64,000 bases of DNA, from assembly GCA_043826565.1 (NCBI GenBank), contig JBDRPX010000035.1, positions 31,299 through 95,298 on the forward strand. The letters are read 5' to 3'. Position 1 is the first letter of the stretch; the number at the start of each line of letters is the position of its first letter. The notes below the pieces were generated by a model. The model saw nothing but the letters and a program-made list of their open reading frames with translations. It was not told the origin of the DNA and made no database searches. This DNA comes from Candidatus Omnitrophota bacterium (GTDB lineage: Bacteria; Omnitrophota; Gorgyraeia; B26-G9). The translations under genes and the position numbers were made by a program. Of this stretch, positions 26,307 to 35,180 are shown piece by piece.

Positions 26307-29132
26307 TTAGAAATCCATCTTATAAAAGAAAGCACATTCCGCTTCCGCCCACAAAGATTCGGCCCCGCCGAAAAATACATCTGACGGTGAACGTGAAGCA
26401 CTTTTAAATCTCCCATCATATTCCATAAACTTGGAGGGATAGTAACTTTTTAAATAGTATGATCCGGAGTATGATGTACTCGGCGCTATCCTATCCCGGT
26501 CATCATAATACATTCCTGATTCACTGTAATAATCAACAAACTCATTATTAGCCGCGGTAAATCCATCGCTCTGAATTACAAAATAAGCACCCTTTAAATC
26601 CTGAGTTTTCGAACCCCAATATTCCAAGGCCGCGCCTTTACATCCCGCGCCCCGGGTATCCAGCCAGCGGTTAGAAGCAATTAGACAATTATAATCCTGT
26701 GATTGTGTAACACTATTGGCCATCATGCCGTAGGTAAATGATTCACTTTCCCCGCTATTGTCACCATAAGTCCAGGTAAATGTATCGGTCGCCGCCCCTG
26801 TTGTATCAGGCTTATCAAATTTACTTCTATATTGTGAATCTTTACTGTTTATTCTATTATATAAAGTCCTTTCATAGCTATCTGGAATTTCTGAATAATA
26901 ATCAGTATCATCAACTGCCCCGTCTGTATCCAAACGGTCCCGGTTTACCCAAACACCGTCGTCATTATCCGGATTAGTATCTGTCCAGTATTTAATGACA
27001 ATAGGCTCAGGCAACCAGGGGAAATCGAAAATTCTTTCTGCTTCTTTAACATACATATAGGGATAATCCGGATAATGATACGTTGCCGGAGTTACCTGCG
27101 GGTCATTAAAATCATCCGAAAGCAAAAACACTCTTTTTTTGGAAAGGATCGCGCTGGTGCGCCAATCGCACGGATTCGCTCCTCCGGTATTATAATCTCC
27201 TTTTAAATATATATTCTCTTCACTTAAAACCGTAAACCCGTAATGCTCTTTGGCGCGCGGTAAGACCTCCGCATTAGTAAGCCGCACCGGCACCTGGGAA
27301 TAGACAATTCCGTTTCTCGGATATACCGCGGTTTTCTGCATCTTTTGCAAATCTAATTCTAAAACTGTATTCCATTTATTCGTAAACGCGTTTATGAATT
27401 TGACTTTTTCGGCTACTTTTTCTCCTCCGGCAGCTTCATTAAAACGCTTTACTGCCGCATCCACACTATCTTCGATCACACTTTCCCATTCACTATAATC
27501 ACTGAATTCACCGTCAAAATTATCAGCCAAGCCTATATACGTACCATCTTTTTTCGCTAAAACAGAATAAGTTTTGGAAAACTCCGGGGTATCCAAATAC
27601 TCACCTCCGGTATTCTTGTCACGCAAAACATTATCAAGTTTATTTTTTGATAAAAATTCTTTCCAGGCTTTGGGCTGTTTTTTCGAATTAGTATAATTTA
27701 CCATCGCGTTTCCGTTATTCGAAGACCGGTCTGTGCCGTATCTTCCGTCACTGACAACCTCATCATTAAGCATATTCGCATATCCCGGAGTCCCATTTAC
27801 CGCGCTCCAAAAATCCGGCTTTTTGAACATCTCCCAATAGGTCGCGGCATCCGGATGAGCCGCTTTAAAATCCTCCATGGTAGGATAATCTAGGGGGTTA
27901 AGCATAACAACTTCCTTACTCGCGTCTATTTCCCACCAGCTTTTTTCCGCGCTAACCTGAGCGCCATGATTATCAGTAACATAAAATTCCAGCGGGTTCT
28001 CTCCCACAGCGCTTCCGGTTCCGTATTTACTGCCGAAGTATTTACCCCATTCCCAGGGGCTGTCTAGTTTGGCGGGAATTTCCACCCATTCTCTATCTAC
28101 CAGCTCTCCTTTTTCATCCTGCTGATACGGCTTAACCCAAACATTGTATCTGTTTAAAGGCGTACTATCATTATAAAACTCAGAATCCGGGTCTTTAGCA
28201 TAAGGAGCAATATTATTCTTAGCCTGATCATCACCGACAAAATGAGAATCGAAATCAGTATAAGCATAGGTATACCGAGGCCAATCGGTAACAAGATCTC
28301 TGGTGAAATAATAAGCATAGTCTTTCCAGCACCATTCATCTTTAGAATTATAATACCCAAAAGGCCCGGGAGTAAGCGTACTATCGTCACGGCCGCCCAT
28401 ACTCTGTAAATCATCCAAACGGGAGATCGGAGCTTGGCCGTCTTTTACTCCATCATAATTATCCGCATAATAAGGCGCCGGATATCCTGTGGCCGTATAA
28501 TAAATCGATCCCTCCGCACCCGTACTGATCTCCGATACATTTTCAATACGCATCTGGCTGTCTATATAAATATCACCGTTGGAATGAACACCTCCGCCGT
28601 TCAATTTTGAAGCCCGGCCCAAAGCATCGTATAAATCCAAATTATACGGGCTATAAACAAAAAAATCATAAATTCCCTGGCGGGATAAATAATAGGTTAT
28701 TACTCTGGTCTCCTGTCCGCAGGCTCCTTTAGAAACGATTACGGTTGTATCCGACTGGGTCTGATCCGGATAGGCCTTGACCATAAAATCGCCCTTATCA
28801 TGCACATAAAAACCATCACCGTCAAAGGAACAATCTGATCTGGTTTTTATTTTATAACTTTGATCCCCTGATTCTAAAGGGAGAAGCTTATCTCCGGCAT
28901 CATTCCACTTATGGGTATACCATTGCCAGCCCAGATTATACGATTCATGATACGCGTACGAGACGCCTTTTTCCGCCATATTCAAGGCTTTAGCCGCGTC
29001 ATTACTGCGGGTAACATTTTTGCGTTCCGTAACGATCAAAGTAAAAAAAGCGCTGGCCACCACAATAACAACAAATAAAACCATGTACGTGGAGATAAGA
29101 ATAGTACCTTGCTTTTTTCTTAGTGATATCAT
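26307..29132 (-). CDS. Giant (941 aa) pseudopilin-like protein: GspK/PilX-type N-terminal TM segment lacking Glu5, plus a large Y/W/D/N-rich extracellular domain (possible tip adhesin)
   Basis: N-terminus KKQGTILISTYMVLFVVIVVASAFFTLIVTERK resembles PilX_N/GspK. ~50% identity to the 907-aa paralog across the whole length. Confidence 0.55.
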   Translation of the reverse strand: MISLRKKQGTILISTYMVLFVVIVVASAFFTLIVTERKNVTRSNDAAKALNMAEKGVSYAYHESYNLGWQWYTHKWNDAGDKLLPLESGDQSYKIKTRSDCSFDGDGFYVHDKGDFMVKAYPDQTQSDTTVIVSKGACGQETRVITYYLSRQGIYDFFVYSPYNLDLYDALGRASKLNGGGVHSNGDIYIDSQMRIENVSEISTGAEGSIYYTATGYPAPYYADNYDGVKDGQAPISRLDDLQSMGGRDDSTLTPGPFGYYNSKDEWCWKDYAYYFTRDLVTDWPRYTYAYTDFDSHFVGDDQAKNNIAPYAKDPDSEFYNDSTPLNRYNVWVKPYQQDEKGELVDREWVEIPAKLDSPWEWGKYFGSKYGTGSAVGENPLEFYVTDNHGAQVSAEKSWWEIDASKEVVMLNPLDYPTMEDFKAAHPDAATYWEMFKKPDFWSAVNGTPGYANMLNDEVVSDGRYGTDRSSNNGNAMVNYTNSKKQPKAWKEFLSKNKLDNVLRDKNTGGEYLDTPEFSKTYSVLAKKDGTYIGLADNFDGEFSDYSEWESVIEDSVDAAVKRFNEAAGGEKVAEKVKFINAFTNKWNTVLELDLQKMQKTAVYPRNGIVYSQVPVRLTNAEVLPRAKEHYGFTVLSEENIYLKGDYNTGGANPCDWRTSAILSKKRVFLLSDDFNDPQVTPATYHYPDYPYMYVKEAERIFDFPWLPEPIVIKYWTDTNPDNDDGVWVNRDRLDTDGAVDDTDYYSEIPDSYERTLYNRINSKDSQYRSKFDKPDTTGAATDTFTWTYGDNSGESESFTYGMMANSVTQSQDYNCLIASNRWLDTRGAGCKGAALEYWGSKTQDLKGAYFVIQSDGFTAANNEFVDYYSESGMYYDDRDRIAPSTSYSGSYYLKSYYPSKFMEYDGRFKSASRSPSDVFFGGAESLWAEAECAFFYKMDF

Positions 29133-29157
29133 CGTACGCCTCCTCTATTGATAAAAC

Positions 29158-29847
29158 CTAATTGTTACGTGTAGAAACTCTGTTCGTTAATGTTAATCTT
29201 AACGGGCTCGCCAGATTTCTGCCCCTTACAGTATTTTTTTCCGTACGTATCGTAATGTCAAAAATCTCTACTGCGGAACCGGAAAGCGCTTGCGCGTATT
29301 TCTTGCCGCCGGTATCCCAATATAATCCTTCCACCCAAAAATTCGCTAATCCCCGGGCAATCTCCGTTGAAGAAACCAGTTTATTACTATCGTCCCAGAC
29401 CCGGCGCCACAAACGCCCCTCAGTATCCCCGGCAATAATACAATACTCCACATTATAATCAAGTTTCCCGTCTATCCCCCATTCGATACGGCCAAAATTA
29501 TCAAAAACATTTCCGTCACCGTCCCAGTCCACCGGCACCTGAAAAACAATACTCGGGCCTTGAAAAGTTATCGCTGCCCCCAACTGATCAATTGGCTTAT
29601 CATAAATAAAACAGAGATCTTTTTTGGACATCCGCAATTCTTTTACCATTATGATCATGGCTTTCCGCGCGTTTAGATCAACATCCATTCTCGCGGTATT
29701 ATTAGTAATAAATGTATTCTGCGATATAAGTAATGTAAAAAGCGAACCCACGATCACCGCATATATGCCCATGGATACAAGCATTTCCACCAGGGTATAG
29801 CCGCTGTTTTTTTTTGATCCCTTTAAAATCCTTTTTATTTTTTTCAC
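29158..29847 (-). CDS. Minor pilin / pseudopilin, PilW/GspJ-like
   Basis: Prepilin-type N-terminus SG|YTLVEMLVSMGIYAVIVG with Glu5; 229 aa. Confidence 0.6.
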   Translation of the reverse strand: MKKIKRILKGSKKNSGYTLVEMLVSMGIYAVIVGSLFTLLISQNTFITNNTARMDVDLNARKAMIIMVKELRMSKKDLCFIYDKPIDQLGAAITFQGPSIVFQVPVDWDGDGNVFDNFGRIEWGIDGKLDYNVEYCIIAGDTEGRLWRRVWDDSNKLVSSTEIARGLANFWVEGLYWDTGGKKYAQALSGSAVEIFDITIRTEKNTVRGRNLASPLRLTLTNRVSTRNN

Positions 29848-29850
29848 TTT

Positions 29851-30345
29851 TTAATCCCGGTTATAAATTGCCGCTTCTACGGCGCACGGAGAATCAATAT
29901 CTCCATTACCGTCAAGATCCGCCAAGGTTATCCCTAAAATTCCTTCTTTACCATTATTAATAGCTTCGCCGATAATTCTTTCCCCTTGTTTCCAGCAGAC
30001 AATTACTCTGATTCTTAACATCGCATCTGTTCCGGTTCCGAAACTTTCCAGCAAATCCACTTTTACTAATCCCTGATGCGCGACATTACGAGCCATAAGT
30101 TCATCCACATAAAAAATCTGTCCGTCATAACCTGCTCTAATATCATCAAAGGCTACGTTACGAATTTCATCCATAACCCCTTCCGCCGCGTTCATGCAGG
30201 TAACTGATAATTCCCCGGATTCGGCCAGGCGCGAAAGATACAATGCGGACTGAAAAGTAGTACCCACAGCCACAACCATAATAGCCATGGACATAATAAT
30301 TTCAATAATTGTAAATCCTTTTTCTTTCTTGATCCGCCTGCTCAT
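29851..30345 (-). CDS. Minor pilin / pseudopilin, PilV/GspI-like
   Basis: KG|FTIIEIIMSMAIMVVAVG prepilin N-terminus; 164 aa. Confidence 0.62.
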   Translation of the reverse strand: MSRRIKKEKGFTIIEIIMSMAIMVVAVGTTFQSALYLSRLAESGELSVTCMNAAEGVMDEIRNVAFDDIRAGYDGQIFYVDELMARNVAHQGLVKVDLLESFGTGTDAMLRIRVIVCWKQGERIIGEAINNGKEGILGITLADLDGNGDIDSPCAVEAAIYNRD

Positions 30346-30372
30346 TAATTAAATCCTCTCATCTAACTACAA

Positions 30373-30888
30373 TCACTGCGGTTCATCATCGGAAAACAAA
30401 GTATCCCCCCCATCAAAACTTGGCCCGGGATTAAGCCATTCCGGGATATTTTCCTCCGGGCCCCCCTCTTGCCCAGAAGCAGTTTGTTGTTCAATCAGCT
30501 TTTCGGGCTTTTCTTCTGCGGCCTGATTATTGATCTGATCTCCGGTGATCAGAATCCCCGAATTCTCGATCAATTTTTTATTTCCCCCGGGATCAACACG
30601 TTTAACTTTTTTCTTAGGGAAAAAATATGAATTTTTTCTTACGGCGAGATTTGTGCGGGCTTTTATGCCTAATGGCGCTTTAGAAGGAGAGCCATACTCT
30701 GAGGAATATTTTGCTTTTCTGGACACTTCCTCGCGCAAATTTTTTTTCGTATCTGTTTCAATTATCGAAACCCACCCGTCTTTACTTCTGATTATCTTTA
30801 TGGCATCAACTATAATGATCAACACTAATAAAAGACTACATATCGCTATGGTAATTTTTACCCCTTTTTCCATGTCTTTTTCCCCCAA
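30373..30888 (-). CDS. Hypothetical bitopic membrane protein; paralog of 25790-26284
   Basis: N-terminal TM helix and the shared YFFPKK...VDP motif. Confidence 0.4.
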   Translation of the reverse strand: MGEKDMEKGVKITIAICSLLLVLIIIVDAIKIIRSKDGWVSIIETDTKKNLREEVSRKAKYSSEYGSPSKAPLGIKARTNLAVRKNSYFFPKKKVKRVDPGGNKKLIENSGILITGDQINNQAAEEKPEKLIEQQTASGQEGGPEENIPEWLNPGPSFDGGDTLFSDDEPQ

Positions 30889-30911
30889 TTAATTATTTTT
30901 AAAATACCGCT

Positions 30912-33635
30912 TTAGAAATTCTCCTGATAAAAGAAATCACAGGACTCTTCTTTCCATAAAGACTGCGCCCCTCCGAAAAACACATCCGAAGCCGATCTAG
31001 TCGCGGTTTGAAAACGCTTATCATAATTCAAACTCCAAGGAGGTGATTTCGTACCATAATAAACCGTGCCGCTGACATAACGACCGCGGCTGCTGGTCCC
31101 TAACCCGGACTCATAATCCACAAAATCACCGGTAGGCGCGGTAAATTCGCCATCTTTATCCAGCACAAAATACGCGCCGTTTAAATACTTTTTCATGTCC
31201 TTACTGCCATTATTCCAGTTTTCCAGGTTATCGCCTTTTGTCCCGCGGTAACAAGCGATCAGCGTATTGAAAGTATAGTTATCATAAACCCGATTCGGCA
31301 TCATCCCGTAAGTATAATTTTCTCCGCTGTCCGGCCAGGAAAAAGTCGCCGAAGCTGTTCCGGTGGGATCATGCTTATTAAACATCGCGCGGTACGTTCC
31401 GTCTTTTTTATCAATGAGATCTTTTAACTGCTGTTCATTAGCATCGTCAATATTGGTGTAGCGGTCATAAGTCAGGTAATTCAAATAATCCCGGTAAACC
31501 CACTGCCCCCCGCCTGCATCCGGATTTGCTTCTTCATATATTCCGCTGCCTTCGTCTTTCTTAACATAAAGATAAGGATAATCCCGGTAATGCTCAGTTG
31601 CCGGCACTATTTGAGGATCATTAAAATCATCGGATAAAGTAAAAATACGCTTTTTACCGATAATCGCAGAAGTAACCCATTCATCAGTATTAAAATTTCC
31701 CTGCAAATAGATATTTTCCTCTCCTAAGACCGTAAACCCGTAGGAATCCATTTTTCGCGGCAGTTTTTCCGCATTGGTCAGGCGCAAAGGAACCTGGCTG
31801 TAGACAATACCGTTATCCGGAGTTTTCCCTTCTTTTTGCATCCGTCCTAGATTTATCTCCAAGACAACATTCCATTGATTCGTAAATGTATTGATAAATT
31901 TTACTTTACTGGCCACGGGCCGGGCTGTACCGTCATTAAGTTCTGTCACAGCCTTATCAATACTCTTTTCTAAAACCTTCATCCATTCTTCATAATCATT
32001 ATATTTACCGTCAAAATCATCCGCAAGATTAATAAGCAGTCCGCTGCGTTCGGCCATGCGCGCATAAGTAATATCAAATTCCGGCGGCGCCAGATACTCT
32101 CCTCCGGTATTGCCGTCCCGCACAATCCCGTCTAATTTTGATTTCTTTAAAAAAGAATCCCAAGCATCCGGCTGTTTCTCCGAGTTCGTATGCTTAACCG
32201 GTATCTTTCCTCCGGAAGCCCTCTCCGAACCATAAGTGCCGTCTTTAATATCTTCACTCATATTATCCGGCCAATCCTCTGAACCGGAAAGGTCTTTGCC
32301 TATAGCTGTCCAGTACCGCGGATCTTTAAACATATCCCAATATGATTTAGCCTGCGGATGTTCATCCAGTTTAGCGGGATCAACCATTTCTACTGACACG
32401 GGAGTGTGATGCCCACCTCCGGTTATTTCCCAATAAGTATTCTCCACATTCACTTTATTACCGTCATTATCATAAGTGTAAAAATGCAATGGCTGTTCTC
32501 CGGCACCGCTTCGATATCCATAAGCATCGCCTTTATATTTGCTCCAATCCCAGGTCTGATCCATTTCCGCGGGTATCTGGGTCCATTCTCCGGAAATGAT
32601 ATCGCCGCAATCAGTTTCTCCTAAATATGGTTTGACCCAGGTATTATAACCGTTTAAAGGCTCAGAGCTGTCATTTATAATTGATGAGCTTACCCGGTTA
32701 TCTCTGTTCCCGGGATTAATATTATTATAATCAAGCATATCTCCGTAAAAATACCATTCCGTACTCCGAAAAGCACTGGTCAGCCAAGTACTAGTGCTCC
32801 CGAAATAACTCGCGTTACTCTGATAATTCCAATGCCGGTCACCATATTTATCCCAGTAATAATAACCAAAATCACCGGGATTATCTTTAGCATCATCACG
32901 AAAAATATCATTCGGACGGTCAAGCCGGACCATCGGCGCCATACCGTCTTTTACTCCGTCATAATTATCCGCGTAATATGGAGCCGGGTACTGGTCAGAA
33001 GCCGCGTAATAAATGACCCCGTTTTCTCCGGCACTTAATTCTGAAATATTTTCCAATCTTACCGGATTATCAATCCGGATATTGCCGTTGGTATGGATAC
33101 CTCCGCCGTAAAGCTTTGGGAAATTACCCACCTCATTATCGAGATCCATATCATAAGGACTGTAAAAGAAAAAATCATATATACCCTGGCGGCTGAGCGT
33201 ATAGGTGATCACGCGCCGGTTTTCCCCCTCAATGCCCATGGCGACAATAACTGTCTCATCTTCGTCATCCCGGTTTGGATATGCTTTAACCATGAATTTT
33301 CCGTCATTAGACTGATAATATCCGTTAGCATCAAAAGAGCAATCCGCTCTTAAGAGCTGGCCATAACTGCTGTCTCCGGGAGCCAGCTTAAGGAGTTTAT
33401 CTTCATCATTATTCCATTTATGCGTATACCACTGCCATCCGTAATTTTGTGATTCATAATAAGCATAAGCTACGCCCATTTCCGCATAACCAAGCGCTTT
33501 TTTCCCTCCGGACTCGCGGGCTATACTTTTCTGTTCCGTGATCACAAATGTACACAGAGAGCTGGCCACAACAATAATAATAAACAATACCAGATATGTC
33601 GCAATAAGCATTGTACCTTTATTATTTATCTTCAT
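30912..33635 (-). CDS. Giant (907 aa) GspK/PilX-like pseudopilin paralog
   Basis: N-terminus NKGTMLIATYLVLFIIIVVASSLCTFVITEQK. Many collinear conserved blocks with 26307-29132 (GWQWYTHKWN, APYYADNYDGVKDG, KQPxAWxxFLxKxKLD, YGFTVLxEENIYLxG, SDDFNDPQ, YGMMxN). Confidence 0.55.
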   Translation of the reverse strand: MKINNKGTMLIATYLVLFIIIVVASSLCTFVITEQKSIARESGGKKALGYAEMGVAYAYYESQNYGWQWYTHKWNNDEDKLLKLAPGDSSYGQLLRADCSFDANGYYQSNDGKFMVKAYPNRDDEDETVIVAMGIEGENRRVITYTLSRQGIYDFFFYSPYDMDLDNEVGNFPKLYGGGIHTNGNIRIDNPVRLENISELSAGENGVIYYAASDQYPAPYYADNYDGVKDGMAPMVRLDRPNDIFRDDAKDNPGDFGYYYWDKYGDRHWNYQSNASYFGSTSTWLTSAFRSTEWYFYGDMLDYNNINPGNRDNRVSSSIINDSSEPLNGYNTWVKPYLGETDCGDIISGEWTQIPAEMDQTWDWSKYKGDAYGYRSGAGEQPLHFYTYDNDGNKVNVENTYWEITGGGHHTPVSVEMVDPAKLDEHPQAKSYWDMFKDPRYWTAIGKDLSGSEDWPDNMSEDIKDGTYGSERASGGKIPVKHTNSEKQPDAWDSFLKKSKLDGIVRDGNTGGEYLAPPEFDITYARMAERSGLLINLADDFDGKYNDYEEWMKVLEKSIDKAVTELNDGTARPVASKVKFINTFTNQWNVVLEINLGRMQKEGKTPDNGIVYSQVPLRLTNAEKLPRKMDSYGFTVLGEENIYLQGNFNTDEWVTSAIIGKKRIFTLSDDFNDPQIVPATEHYRDYPYLYVKKDEGSGIYEEANPDAGGGQWVYRDYLNYLTYDRYTNIDDANEQQLKDLIDKKDGTYRAMFNKHDPTGTASATFSWPDSGENYTYGMMPNRVYDNYTFNTLIACYRGTKGDNLENWNNGSKDMKKYLNGAYFVLDKDGEFTAPTGDFVDYESGLGTSSRGRYVSGTVYYGTKSPPWSLNYDKRFQTATRSASDVFFGGAQSLWKEESCDFFYQENF

Positions 33636-33651
33636 AACATACTCTCCTTTT

Positions 33652-34332
33652 CTAATTACGCCAACAAACTCTATTATTTAAAACAACAGTAAGAGGGTTA
33701 TCCAAAGTCCTCCCCTTAATTGTATCTTTTTCCGCGGTAATATTAATTTCAATAAGTTCTATGGTTGTATCCACAACATATTTTTTTAAACCGGTATCAT
33801 AACTGTACCCGATAATTGAAAAATTTGAGATATCATTAGCCACAACTGTTTGCTCGACCAGAGTACTGGTCTCATCCCATACCCGGCGCAAGATCTCTTC
33901 GGCGACCGCGTCCCAGCAATATTCTATCTGCCAGTCCAGGTTATTTTCCGCTCCCCATTCCACACGCCCGAAATTATCCAGGGAATCTCCGTCCGCGTCC
34001 CAATCAACCGGAACCTGGAAAACAATACTTTTAGCATCACTGGCATCAATGAGAACACCGGCTTGATCCAGCGGCCGGTCATAGAGCGTGGTATTTAATC
34101 CCGACCCTACCCTAACCTCTTTAACAATAGAATTCATACCTTTTCCCGCCAGCCGTTTAACATCCCATTTCGCAAAACACTGCTGAGAAATCCGGTTATA
34201 AGATATAAGCATACTAAATAAAGAACCAATCACTACTGAATAAATCCCCATAGATACAATGATCTCAGTCAAAGTAAATCCCTGTTCTTTTTTTCTTTTT
34301 CTACATTTTAATATTTTTTTAATTAGGCTCAC
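33652..34332 (-). CDS. Minor pilin / pseudopilin, PilW/GspJ-like (module 1)
   Basis: QG|FTLTEIIVSMGIYSVVIG; 226 aa. Confidence 0.6.
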   Translation of the reverse strand: MSLIKKILKCRKRKKEQGFTLTEIIVSMGIYSVVIGSLFSMLISYNRISQQCFAKWDVKRLAGKGMNSIVKEVRVGSGLNTTLYDRPLDQAGVLIDASDAKSIVFQVPVDWDADGDSLDNFGRVEWGAENNLDWQIEYCWDAVAEEILRRVWDETSTLVEQTVVANDISNFSIIGYSYDTGLKKYVVDTTIELIEINITAEKDTIKGRTLDNPLTVVLNNRVCWRN

Positions 34333-34354
34333 AAATAACTCCTTTTAGTAAACG

Positions 34355-34819
34355 CTAACGAAAAATAACCGCGGTTTCCATAGCACAGGGCGAATCAATC
34401 AGGCCGTTTAAATTAGTATCTTCTCCGCTGTCTAAAACCCCGTTTAAATTAGCATCTTCTCCGATCATTCTGTTTCCCTGCCGCCAGCAAACAACAATCC
34501 GGAATTTTAAAAGAAAAGAAGGTTCCGTAAGATCTACAGTGATTGTTCCAAGATTAGGCACCCCTTTATTGGTCAGTTCATTTAAGGTGAATTGCGTATT
34601 ATGATAGTTTGGCGAGATATCGTCAAAGGGGACATTTTTTATCTCATCTCTTATCCCTTCAAGAGAATTCATAACCGGAGTAATATTGTCATTAAGTTCA
34701 TTAAGCTGTAGTAAATAACTTGTCGCCTGAAAAGATGAACCGATCGCTACAGACATTATGCCTACTGAAACAAGAATCTCTACTAGAGAAATTCCTTTGT
34801 TATTTTTCAATAACCTCAT
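34355..34819 (-). CDS. Minor pilin / pseudopilin, PilV/GspI-like (module 1)
   Basis: KG|ISLVEILVSVGIMSVAIG; 154 aa. SD GAGGGG immediately follows the leader terminator. Confidence 0.62.
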   Translation of the reverse strand: MRLLKNNKGISLVEILVSVGIMSVAIGSSFQATSYLLQLNELNDNITPVMNSLEGIRDEIKNVPFDDISPNYHNTQFTLNELTNKGVPNLGTITVDLTEPSFLLKFRIVVCWRQGNRMIGEDANLNGVLDSGEDTNLNGLIDSPCAMETAVIFR

Positions 34820-34830
34820 TATTTTACCCC

Positions 34831-34878
34831 TCTAAAAAATAAAATCCGACCTACCGTCCTTTTCCTTCGGTAGCTCGG
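34831..34878 (-). terminator. Intrinsic terminator / riboswitch expression platform 12 nt upstream of the first minor-pilin gene
   Basis: Minus-strand CCGAGCUACCG-(loop)-CGGUAGGUCGG stem (plus 34846-34878), followed by AUUUUAUUUUUU. Confidence 0.65.
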
Positions 34879-34900
34879 CTATCATAGGTTTTTCCTTTTT

Positions 34901-35050
34901 CTTCGGTAACCCGGCTGTCTGAAAAGGTATTACCTTTAGACCCGTGGCTTTGCTCCGGACTGACCAATGTCCAGAATCCCTAGCGCAAATCTCAACCGCT
35001 ATTATGGGATGTCCCCGCCTTTCGACGGGTTTGCCATTATCGGTAAAGGA
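34901..35050 (-). ncRNA. Candidate c-di-GMP-I (GEMM) riboswitch aptamer with an inserted extra hairpin
   Basis: Minus-strand RNA contains GGCAAACC, a CCGUC-GAAA-GGCGG tetraloop hairpin, GGGGAC, an inserted hairpin (AUCCC..UAGCG..CGCUA..GGGAU), GGAGCAAAGCCACGGGUCUAAAGG and CAGCCGGGUUACCGAAG. The last three are near-matches to conserved GEMM-I blocks (GGGACGCAAAGCC, GGGUUACCG). Confidence 0.5.
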
Positions 35051-35100
35051 CACAAATTAATAAAACCTTATAAATTGTGTCTATCTATACTTCTACTATA

Positions 35101-35129
35101 AGTATACCCTATATACCGAACTTTGTCAA
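35101..35129 (-). promoter_or_regulatory. Sigma-70 promoter (TTGACA-17 nt-TATACT) driving the riboswitch leader / minor-pilin module
   Basis: Minus-strand -35 at 35129-35124 and -10 at 35106-35101. Confidence 0.55.
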
Positions 35130-35180
35130 TGTTAGCCCAGGACACCTAACCGCTTTAAAATAAAAAAGTTACGCAACTTT

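Noticed and set aside
28154-28414. 86-aa minus-strand ORF (second frame) inside the 941-aa gene
   Set aside because: It is fully nested in a better-supported long ORF with a conserved paralog.
34832-35053. 73-aa minus-strand ORF (GTG start) between pilC and the PilV-like gene
   Set aside because: It lies entirely inside the promoter-to-terminator leader that carries the GEMM-like motifs. It has a GTG start with no SD, a basic low-complexity product and no recognisable domain. It is better explained as non-coding.
34901-35060. Leader A as SRP RNA, RNase P RNA or tmRNA
   Set aside because: Partial resemblances were seen (GUCAGUCCGGAGCAAAGCC vs the SRP domain IV; CCGGAGCAAAGCCA and ACAGCCGGGUUAC vs RNase P). 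The region lacks the RNase P P4 core (GGAAAGUCCGGGC), tmRNA ends (GGGG...CCACCA with a T-arm) and the SRP GGAA tetraloop context. The cyclic-dinucleotide riboswitch blocks fit better and occur twice.
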